64,000 nucleotides of DNA. Origin: an uncultured Chloroflexia bacterium (GTDB taxonomy: Bacteria > Chloroflexota > Limnocylindria > Limnocylindrales > CSP1-4). Both the position numbers and the translations under genes were made by a program. The stretch lies in the NCBI GenBank assembly GCA_963849405.1, contig CAWKHG010000006.1:490350-554349 (forward strand), written 5' to 3'. This document shows positions 42,196 through 50,652 of this stretch, one piece after another. Every line of letters begins with the position of its first letter. The stretch's first letter is position 1. Below the pieces are notes generated by a model. That model saw only the letters and a list, made by a program, of their open reading frames with translations. It was not told the origin of the DNA and did no database searches.

Positions 42196-42584
42196 TCAGA
42201 AATCGCGCCGGCCCTCGAAGCTGGCCTCGACGCCGGGGCGCGAGAGCTCGTAGATCGCCAGCCGCTGCCCGCCGGGCGCGCGAACGAGCACACCGGACCC
42301 TGCGGGATCTCCAGCGTGTGCCCGCGTTTCCACCCGCGCCCCTCCAGCTCCGCGATCGAGGCGTCGAGGTCGTCGACCCGGTAGACGAGCACCGGCCGGT
42401 CGCCGTCGAGATGGCCGGCCAGGAGGATCCGTGGCGGTTCCGCCGTCAGCTCGACCATCGCCACGCGCGTGCCCATCCCCTCCACGGCGAACACGAGGCG
42501 GCCGCCCAGGACGTCGGTGAAGTACGCGACGTCGGCCGCCACGTCCGTGCTCGGCATGTAGATGTAGTCGAGCCGTTCGAACAT
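42196..42584 (-). pseudogene. VOC family protein (3'-proximal frameshift)
   Basis: MFERLDYIYMPSTDVAADVAYFTDVLGGRL. C-terminus (IYELSRPG) in ORF 42196..42591 frame. Confidence 0.5.
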
Positions 42585-42624
42585 GGCCCACGTCCTCTCT
42601 CGCGGTAGCGCCGCCAGCTCGCCC

Positions 42625-43071
42625 TCAGGCGCGGCCTTCCCGCAGCGACGCCACGGACTTCTCGATGCGGCGCTGGCGCGTCTCCGGCGCCTTGGCGGCC
42701 TCGACCGCGAGGACGTGGCGCTGGCGGTTGCTGTACGAGAGGCCGTCGAAGAAGCGCGCGGCGGCCGGCTCGGCGTCCAGGGCCGTCCGGAAGTCGGGCG
42801 GCACGATCACCTCGCGCGGCTGGGTGTCGAGCTCGATCTCGAGGTCGACCGTGTCGCCCGCCGCGACGCCCGCCTTGACCCGGTTCTCGTTGCTGATCCC
42901 GACCATGTACGCCCCGTTGATCGTCGCGATCGTGCTCCGATACGTGAAGTCGCCGATGGTCAGGCGGACGGGCGGCTTCCGGCCCGCCCCGAGCGCCTCC
43001 ACGACGTCCGGCGGGATCTCCATGCCGGCGGCGGTCTTGCCGGCACCCTGGATCAGGACGCGGATCTTCAT
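42625..43071 (-). CDS. DUF1905 + YdeI/OmpD-associated domain protein
   Basis: MKIRVLIQGAGKTAAGMEIPPDVVEALGAGRKPPVRLTIGDFTYRSTIATINGAYMVGI. Confidence 0.6.
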   Translation of the reverse strand: MKIRVLIQGAGKTAAGMEIPPDVVEALGAGRKPPVRLTIGDFTYRSTIATINGAYMVGISNENRVKAGVAAGDTVDLEIELDTQPREVIVPPDFRTALDAEPAAARFFDGLSYSNRQRHVLAVEAAKAPETRQRRIEKSVASLREGRA

Positions 43072-43121
43072 GGTCGAAGTATGACGTGCGGCGCCACGGG
43101 CCAAGGCCGTAGCATCAGGCG

Positions 43122-44290
43122 ATGAGGCCCCCGAGCATGGCGAACGCGTGCCGCGACCGCCCTCGCGATCGCCAGCGTCGCCCTCGCCTCGTGCGCGGGA
43201 CCGGTCGTGCCGCCGTCGCCGACCCAGCGCGACGCCGATCGTCACCTCAAGCCCGACGGGCACGTCGACGGTCTCACCGGCGTCGCTTCCGGCCGGATCC
43301 ATCACCCCGAAGCCGACGGTCCCCGACCTCGGCGTCGCGCCGGGGCCTCCCCTTCCGGCGCACGTGTTCGCGCCGTACATGCAGATGTATGCGGGCGACA
43401 CGGTGCATGAAGTCGCGAACGCCTCCGGCGCCCGTCACATGACGCTCGCGTTCCTGGAGACGAACGGGACCGACTCGTGCGAGCTCGGCTGGAACGGCGC
43501 CACAGGCTTCGGCGACATCATGAGCCTCCAGCTCATCGTCGACACCGCATCGCTCCGGAGGGCAGGCGGCGACGTCATCCCTTCGTTCGGTGGGTACTCG
43601 GCCGACAACAGCGGGCGCGAGATCGGCGACTCGTGCGCCGATCCGGAGGCGATCGCAGACGGCTACGCCTCGATCGTGACGATGCTCGGCGCCACCCGGC
43701 TGGACATGGACGTGGAAGTCGAGTCGCTCGAGCGTCCCGAGGGGATCGACCGGCGCAACAAGGCGTTGCGCATCCTCCAGGACCGGCTGGCGACGCAGGG
43801 TCGCGCCGTGCAGATCCAGTACACCCTGCCGGCGAGCCCGAACGGCCTCGATGCGGGCGGTCTTGCCGTCCTCCAGAACGCCGTGGCCAACGGGACGCGC
43901 GTCGACATCGTGAACATCATGACCTTCGACTACTACGACGGGACCACGACCGACATGGCCGTCGCGGCGATCCTGGCCGCCAAGGGCCTGCACGCGCAGC
44001 TGGCGAAGCTCTACCCGGACCGGTCGGCGGCCCAGCTGTGGGCGATGGTCGGGATCACCCTCATGCCCGGCATCGACGACTACCCCCAGAAGACGGAGCT
44101 CACGACGCTGGCCCACGCCCGGAAGGTCCTGGCGTTCGCTCGCGACCGCGGCATCGCCAGCCTGTCGATGTGGGCGCTCCAGCGCGACCATGGGACGTGC
44201 CCGGGCGAGGCAGGCAACGACGACTGTTCGGGGATCGAGCAGGCCGACTGGGCCTTCACGAAGCTGTTGAGCGGCTTCACCGGACCCTGA
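43122..44290 (+). pseudogene. glycoside hydrolase family 18 (class III chitinase-like) lipoprotein, two N-terminal frame shifts
   Basis: Lipobox LAIASVALASC in an alternate frame near 43150. Catalytic region MTLAFLE...DMDVEV (DxDxE-type) in ORF 43148..44290. Confidence 0.6.
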
Positions 44291-44300
44291 CGGGCGTCGC

Positions 44301-45056
44301 TCAGGGCGTCGTCCAGATCCGGAGCGGCCCCAGGCGCTCGAAGCCGAGCTCCACCATCGCGTCGAGCTCCGTGCCCCGCTCGTAGCCGACGACGGCCAGA
44401 TCGGGGAACGTCGACATGACCGCCGCGACCGCGCCGGCGCGATGGGCGTCCCGAGCGTCCTCCGGAAGCACGAGGTTCGAGAGGCCCACGACCGGTCCGG
44501 ACCCGTCGTCCGACCGGTTCGCCACGACGAGGCCCAAGGTCTCCGTGTCGCGACGGGCGGCGAGGAGGACGATGTCGGGATCCTCGAGCAGGTCCGGCAT
44601 GAACACGCGCTCCGGACTCTCCGCGGACAGGGCGTGGCCGTGAGCGGCGCGCCAGGCGGCCTCCCAGGCCGCGAGACCGTCAGCGGAGCTCACCGGCTCC
44701 CACACCACGCCGGAGCGGTCGGCGCCGAACAGGGAGCGGCCCGCCGGCAGGCCCAGCCACTCGGCCTCGAACAGCACGTCGAGGCCAAGCCCGGCGAGAT
44801 CGAGCGCGCTGAACGAATCCTTGTGGGTCCAGCCACTGGGCAGGCCGGCCTCGACCATCTCGCCGATCCGTCGCAACTGGTTCTCGGTGCCGGCCCGACT
44901 GAGCGAGATCGCGTTCGGATAGAACGGCGGGGACGTCCCGGAGTTGATCCACAGGTCGTCGACGAAGTCCGTGTCACAACCCAGGGCCTGGCACACGGCA
45001 TCGCACCAGACGGCGTTGTTGAACACCGCGGCGGCGATCAGGTCGGGGTCCGGCAC
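44301..45056 (-). CDS. hypothetical protein
   Basis: Intact 251-aa ORF. No family recognised. Confidence 0.4.
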   Translation of the reverse strand: MPDPDLIAAAVFNNAVWCDAVCQALGCDTDFVDDLWINSGTSPPFYPNAISLSRAGTENQLRRIGEMVEAGLPSGWTHKDSFSALDLAGLGLDVLFEAEWLGLPAGRSLFGADRSGVVWEPVSSADGLAAWEAAWRAAHGHALSAESPERVFMPDLLEDPDIVLLAARRDTETLGLVVANRSDDGSGPVVGLSNLVLPEDARDAHRAGAVAAVMSTFPDLAVVGYERGTELDAMVELGFERLGPLRIWTTP

Positions 45057-45071
45057 GCGCGCTCCCTCGCC

Positions 45072-46460
45072 TCAGCCGGATGACGCCGGCGGGATGTTGA
45101 GGTTGTAGCGGAAGGCGTTGTCCGGGTCGTACCGGCGCTTGATCCGGGCCAGGCGTGCATGGCGCTCTGCGCCGAATGCCGCCACCACGCGCTCGGGAGT
45201 CTCGTCGACGGGCGAGTAGTTCGCGTACCCTGCGCCGCTGAGGGATGACGGGCGCAGCGCATCGGTGAAGGTCCGGGCCCAGCCGATGTGGATCGGGTCC
45301 TCCGCGACGTCCTCCCAGACGGCGATCGAGCTGATGTTCCACTCGGCCGCACGCTGGCCGAAGGCCGCCCCGCCGGCGGGCTCGCGACGGGCCGCCCCGG
45401 TGATCGCCTCGAGGAGCACGAACGAGGACCCAGCGGCACGGCTCATGCCCTCGATGACCGTGTCGATCGTCGGCGCGTCGAGCGTCCGGACGAAGTGGCC
45501 CTTCCAGTAGTGCCGGAGGCCGAACGCCATCCGGCCGCTCATCTCCTGCGTCTCGACATAGGTCTTCTGGCTGAGGCTGCTGCTGAGCCGGGGCAAGGCC
45601 AGGATGGGCCGGATGAACGGCTCTGCCTCCTCGGCCGAGCCCTGGTAGACCGTGGTGATCCAGAACCCGATCGGGGCACCGACTTTTGGCTCGTCCGCAC
45701 CGTCCTCGATCAAGGGAGAGGGGCCGCCCGCGAAGATCGCGAGCTCGGGCGGGGCCGTGCGAGTCACCTCGGCGATCACGCGCATGGCCTCGGCCGCGTG
45801 CTCGATCGGCACGGCCACGTCCCCGGCCCACAGCGTCCCGACCGGCTGGAGCGCGAACTCGAACTCGGTCACGACGCCGAAGTTGCCGCCACCACCGCGC
45901 AACGCCCAGAGGAGCTCGGGGTCGCCGCCCTCGCCGGCGATGACGACCGATCCGTCGGCGGTCACGACTTCCGCGCGCACGAGCGTGTCGCAGGTGAGCC
46001 CCGAGGTGCCCATCAGCCAGCCGATGCCGCCGCCGAGGGTCAGGCCGGCGACGCCCGTGTCACCGAACGTGCCGCCCGGCATCGCGAGGCCCTGGGCGGT
46101 CGTTGCCGCGTCCACGTCCTCCCACAAGGCTCCACCGGCGACCCGTGCCCTTCGCCTGCCGGCATCCACGGCGACCGCGCGCATGCCCCGCAGGTCGACG
46201 ACCAGCGCGCCGTCGGCCACCGCATGGCCGGCCACGTTGTGCCCGCCGCCACGGACGGCGATCGGCATCCCGGCGTCATGGGCCCAGCGGACCGCCGCCG
46301 CGACCTCGTCCGTGGAGCGGGGCATGACGATCGCCGCCGGACGCCGGTCGACCGTCGCGTTGAAGGTGGCCCGCGTCTCGTCGTACGTCGCGTCGTCGGG
46401 CAGGACCACGTCGCAGGCCATGGCCGCGCGCAGCGTGTCGATCCGGATCTCGATCGTCAT
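45072..46460 (-). CDS. FAD-binding oxidoreductase (BBE-like), intact
   Basis: VRGGGHNVAGHAVADGALVVDLRGM, GVAGLTLGGGIGWLMG, LLWALRGGGGNFGVVT, C-term RYDPDNAFRYNLNIPP. Confidence 0.8.
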   Translation of the reverse strand: MTIEIRIDTLRAAMACDVVLPDDATYDETRATFNATVDRRPAAIVMPRSTDEVAAAVRWAHDAGMPIAVRGGGHNVAGHAVADGALVVDLRGMRAVAVDAGRRRARVAGGALWEDVDAATTAQGLAMPGGTFGDTGVAGLTLGGGIGWLMGTSGLTCDTLVRAEVVTADGSVVIAGEGGDPELLWALRGGGGNFGVVTEFEFALQPVGTLWAGDVAVPIEHAAEAMRVIAEVTRTAPPELAIFAGGPSPLIEDGADEPKVGAPIGFWITTVYQGSAEEAEPFIRPILALPRLSSSLSQKTYVETQEMSGRMAFGLRHYWKGHFVRTLDAPTIDTVIEGMSRAAGSSFVLLEAITGAARREPAGGAAFGQRAAEWNISSIAVWEDVAEDPIHIGWARTFTDALRPSSLSGAGYANYSPVDETPERVVAAFGAERHARLARIKRRYDPDNAFRYNLNIPPASSG

Positions 46461-46556
46461 CGGCTCTCCTGTGGGTCGGTCCCCGGAGCATGACGGGCGG
46501 ATGGCCGCGTGGTCAACGGCCAGCGCCGGCCGGCCCACCCGGGTAACGTTTCGGGC

Positions 46557-47042
46557 ATGGACGACACGGATCGCGCGAGGCTGGACGGAGCGGTGCGGCC
46601 CCTCGGCGTGGAGTACGAGCTGTTCCCGTGCGACCCGGCCCTGGCCGATACGGCCCAGTTCTGCGCCGCCTATGAGTTCGACCTCGACGAATCGGCCAAC
46701 ACGATCGTGGTCGTGGGCAAGGCCGACCCGCGCGTCTATGCCGCGTGCATCGTGCTGGCGCCCCACCGGCTCGACGTGAACCACGCCGTGAAGGCCCGCC
46801 TCGGCACGCGGAAGGCCTCGTTCGCCGGGGCCGACGAGACGCGCGAGCTCACGGGCATGGAGATCGGCGGCGTGACGCCCTTCGGCCTGCCGGCCGACCT
46901 GCCGGTGCTCGTGGATGCGGCCGTCATGCAGAGGCCCCGGATCGTGCTCGGTGGCGGCAGCCGGAGCTGGAAGGTCATCGCGCCGCCGTCGATCCTGCTG
47001 GCGCTCCCGAACGTCGAGGTCGTCGAGGGCCTGGCGAGCTAG
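46557..47042 (+). CDS. YbaK/EbsC-type aminoacyl-tRNA deacylase domain protein
   Basis: ELTGMEIGGVTPFGLPADLPVLVDAAV. Confidence 0.6.
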   Translation: MDDTDRARLDGAVRPLGVEYELFPCDPALADTAQFCAAYEFDLDESANTIVVVGKADPRVYAACIVLAPHRLDVNHAVKARLGTRKASFAGADETRELTGMEIGGVTPFGLPADLPVLVDAAVMQRPRIVLGGGSRSWKVIAPPSILLALPNVEVVEGLAS

Positions 47043-48178
47043 TCGCCAGCGGCCGCCGGGGACGCGGGCCAGGGCGGTCCCATCGTGACCTCCCGGGTCG
47101 TCGCGTCGTCCGCGACGAATGCGACGAGCGCCTCGCCCTCGCGCGCGAGCGCCTCTGCGTCGGCCCCCGAGAGCGGGACCAGCGGCCTGATCACCAGCCG
47201 GGCGTGGCGCCGCTCACGCTCGATCTGCCACGTCCCCGCGACGAAGCCGTCGATCAGGTAGGTGCTGATCGACTCGTTCTGACGGACGACGATGTTCCGG
47301 ACCCGCTCCGGCAGGATCGCCCGGGATCGATCGGCGTACGAGAGCAGCATGTTCTCGTAGTCGTACAGGAAGCGCGGCGGCGCCGGGATCTCGGGATCCG
47401 GACGCGGCGCGTCGGGCAGGTCGAACAGCTCGCGGCCCTGCTCGTCACGGAACGCGAGGAGCTGGGGCCGGAGGCGCTCGAAGACCTCCTTCAGCCTCGT
47501 CAACCCGCACCACATCTGGGCGTCCATCACGCTGGCCGGCCCGAACGCCCGCAGGTAGCGCAGGACCAGCTCATCGAGCGTGAGCCACGCCGGGGGTGCG
47601 TCGCCCAGCCAGGCCTCGATCGAGGTGTGGGCGACCGGACCGCTTCGCCCCCACAGGCCACGGGGCGGCACCTGGACGAGCGGCACGCCCGTCCGGACCG
47701 TCATCTCGAGCGCCAGGTGGTCGTGGCCCGGCCAGCGTTCCAGGAGGTGGGCGCCGAGCGCCTTGAACGTCTGCGGCTCGAGGTCGAGGAACGCCCGCCC
47801 GGCCGCAACGACAGCCGACGTGTCCACGTCCTGGAGGCGTCGCCCGAACTGGCCCTGGTGCATCCGGTCGTGCACGACCTGGATGAGCGGCCGCAGCGCC
47901 CAGGCGTCGCGCGCCGTGACCAGGAAGATCGTGGAGCGCATGAGGGCGATCCGCACGACCTGGCGGTCGAGGAGGAGGTCCGAGAGCTCGCCGGCGCGGA
48001 ACCCCTGCAGCCGCGTCCAGAGGCCGACGTAGGCCGTGTGGGGCGTCTGCGCCTGCATCCCGACCAGGTGCTCGAGGACCTCGGGGACCGACATCGTCGA
48101 GCGTTCGAGCAGGAGTTGGCGGGCCAGGGTCGCCCGGTTGAGCGCGCGCCGCGTCAGGACCGGAGCCTGAGCACCCAT
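47039..48178 (-). CDS. winged-helix DNA-binding domain protein (AlkZ-like DNA glycosylase family)
   Basis: RRALNRATLARQLLLERS...GMQAQTPHTAYVGLWTRL...RSTIFLV. Confidence 0.6.
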   Translation of the reverse strand: MGAQAPVLTRRALNRATLARQLLLERSTMSVPEVLEHLVGMQAQTPHTAYVGLWTRLQGFRAGELSDLLLDRQVVRIALMRSTIFLVTARDAWALRPLIQVVHDRMHQGQFGRRLQDVDTSAVVAAGRAFLDLEPQTFKALGAHLLERWPGHDHLALEMTVRTGVPLVQVPPRGLWGRSGPVAHTSIEAWLGDAPPAWLTLDELVLRYLRAFGPASVMDAQMWCGLTRLKEVFERLRPQLLAFRDEQGRELFDLPDAPRPDPEIPAPPRFLYDYENMLLSYADRSRAILPERVRNIVVRQNESISTYLIDGFVAGTWQIERERRHARLVIRPLVPLSGADAEALAREGEALVAFVADDATTREVTMGPPWPASPAAAGD

Positions 48179-48328
48179 CACGCCTCCTCTCCACCCACAC
48201 CAGCCGCCAGCACTCGTCAGCGACGAGTCTGGGCGATAGGCACGGCGCGTGCCAACCTGCCCGACGCACATCGGCCCTGCGTTCCTGCCACACTCCGTCC
48301 GACAACTGATACTTGACCACTCAACGGG

Positions 48329-49275
48329 GTGAGCGTGCCGTCTCCGACCATCCACGTCGCGCGCGACCAGGTCCGGTTCGGGTGGGACCGCAGCTTCGAG
48401 CCGTCGCACTCGGTCCGCAGCGGGGACGAGATCGTCGTCGAGACCCAGGACGCCTCAGCCGGCCAGATCCGGCGCGACGCGACCGTCGAGACCGTCCGGA
48501 CCCTGGACTTCGAGCGGGTCAATCCCGTCTCCGGGCCGATCCTGGTCGAAGGTGCGCGACCGGGCGACGTCCTCCAGGTCGACCTGCTCGACGTGGTCCC
48601 CGGCGACTTCGGCTGGACGGCCCAGATCCCGGGCTTCGGACTGCTGGCCGACGAATACCCGGAGCCGTGGCTGCACCTGTGGACCCTCGAGGCGGACCGG
48701 GCCTCGTTCCGGCCGGGCATCTCGGTGCCGCTGGAGCCGTTCTGCGGCGTCATCGGCGTCGCGCCCGCCGAGCCCGGCCTCCACAGCGTCGTCCCGCCCC
48801 GGCGGGTCGGCGGCAACATGGACATCCGCCAGCTCGGCGCGGGCGCCACGCTCTACCTGCCGGTCGAGGTCGAAGGCGCGCTGCTGGGCATCGGCGACAC
48901 GCACGGCGCCCAGGGCGACGGCGAGGTGTGCGGGACCGCGATCGAGTCCGCGATGACCGTCCGGGCCCGGATCACGCGTGCGCCGGGACATGGCCATCGA
49001 CGGCGCCAGAGTTCGAGGTGCGCCGCCCGCTGGAGCGTCCGAGCGCGGCCGCGGCCGGCTATCACGTCACGACAGGGATCGCGCCGGACCTGCTCGAGGC
49101 GGCGCGGACGGCCGTCCGCCGGATGATCGCCTACCTCGGGAGCGACGCGGGACCTCAGTCCGGCCGATGCCTACGGGCTCTGCTCGGTCGCGGTCGACCT
49201 GAAGATCAGCGAGGTCGTGGACGCCCCGAACTGGGTGGTCTCGGCCTTCCTGCCCGGGGATCTGTTCAGCGACTG
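48329..49275 (+). pseudogene. acetamidase/formamidase family protein (frame shifts ~48990-49150)
   Basis: VNPVSGPILVEGARPGD...GNMDIRQLGAGATLYLPVEVEGALLGIGDTHGAQGDGEVCGTAIE. C-terminus in other frames. Confidence 0.6.
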
Positions 49276-49415
49276 ACTTCCGGCTCCTGCTAGGCTCCTC
49301 GTACGCCGGGCACGCCCCGAGCGAAGGAGCAAGACTCCCGAGCGAAGGCGCCGCGGTGGCGCGGCGCACGACCCGGCGCACGCGATAGACATACTGCCGA
49401 TCTCCCTCGAGGAGC

Positions 49416-50642
49416 ATGTGCCCGATGCCCGATCTCGCGGTCACGATCCAGGCCACGGGTGTGCTGGTCGCGCCAGGTTCGAGCACGTCGTTCACGGTCG
49501 AGGTCACCAATCTCGGCACGGTCGTGGACCGCTACCGCTGCGAGATCGTGGGCATGGACCCGAGCTGGGTGACGGTCACGCCCGCGTCGATGGAGTTGTT
49601 CCCCCAGGCCGGCGACGCGCGCCCGCGCCCGGACTCCCCGCCGTCGGTCGGCCGGTTCACGATCACGCTCCACCCACCACGCGTCCCGGCGGCGGTCGCC
49701 GGTCCATGGCCGATCGGCGCCCGGGTCACGAGCGAGCACGATCCGGCCAGCCGGCGGGTCGAGGAGACGATCGTCGCGATCCTGCCATTCGGCGCCCTCG
49801 ACGCGAAGCTGCATCCGTCGATCGCGGGCGGCCGCCTGGGCGCCAAGGCGAACATCCAGGTCACCAATCAGGGCAACCGGCCCGAGGCCGTCACGATCCT
49901 GGGCTCCGATCCGGCCGACAAGCTCTCGTTCGAGTTCCGGCCGCCAACCGCGAACCTGGGTCCGGGCGACTCGCTCGGCGTCGTGGCGCGCCTGGCCGGC
50001 GGAGGCATCAAGCTGTTCGGCGGGACCGAGACGCGCCCGTTCAAGCTCGACGTCCGCGCCTCGTCGAGCGACACCGAGCCCCAGGTCCTGAGCGGCACGT
50101 TCGAGCGGCGGGCGCTCGTCCCGTCCGGGCTGGGCGCCGCCCTGGCGGTCATCGCCGCGCTGGCGCTCGGCGCCGTGGCCGTCTTCGGGCTCACCCGGCC
50201 GCCCGCCCCCGTGGCCACGCCGCCTCCGGGAGCCACGCCGCTCGTCCTGGTCGTCACGGCACCGCCGACCGACGCACCACCTACGGCCCCGCCGACCGCG
50301 CCGCCGACCGAAGCCCCGCCCAGCTCTGCACCCCCCACTGAGCCTCCCCCGACGGCGCCGCCGATCGATCCGAACACGTGCATCCCCGGCTACGTCTGGC
50401 GGGAGGCCTTCGAAGGCGACGTCGTGTGCGTCACCCCGGACGAGCGGCAGCGAGCCGCGGACGACAATGCCGCCGCGGCGTCGAGGATCGATCCGGGCGG
50501 CGCCTACGGCCCGAACACGTGCATCGCAGGTTTCGTGTGGCGCGTGGCGCGCCCGGAGGACGTCGTCTGCGTCCTCCCGGAGGAGCGCCAGCGCGTGGCG
50601 GACGACAACGCAGCGGCCTCCTCGCGCCGGGTCGGCCCCTGA
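49416..50642 (+). CDS. membrane protein: two CARDB/Ig-like N-terminal domains, one TM helix, Pro-rich linker, duplicated C-terminal Cys motif (NTCIxG(Y/F)VWR-A---DVVCV-P-ERQR-ADDNAAA)
   Basis: Intact 408 aa. TM LGAALAVIAALALGAVAVFGL. Linker PPTDAPPTAPPTAPPTEAPP. Two 42-aa repeats at the C-terminus. Confidence 0.55.
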   Translation: MCPMPDLAVTIQATGVLVAPGSSTSFTVEVTNLGTVVDRYRCEIVGMDPSWVTVTPASMELFPQAGDARPRPDSPPSVGRFTITLHPPRVPAAVAGPWPIGARVTSEHDPASRRVEETIVAILPFGALDAKLHPSIAGGRLGAKANIQVTNQGNRPEAVTILGSDPADKLSFEFRPPTANLGPGDSLGVVARLAGGGIKLFGGTETRPFKLDVRASSSDTEPQVLSGTFERRALVPSGLGAALAVIAALALGAVAVFGLTRPPAPVATPPPGATPLVLVVTAPPTDAPPTAPPTAPPTEAPPSSAPPTEPPPTAPPIDPNTCIPGYVWREAFEGDVVCVTPDERQRAADDNAAAASRIDPGGAYGPNTCIAGFVWRVARPEDVVCVLPEERQRVADDNAAASSRRVGP

Positions 50643-50652
50643 GGCTGAGGGC

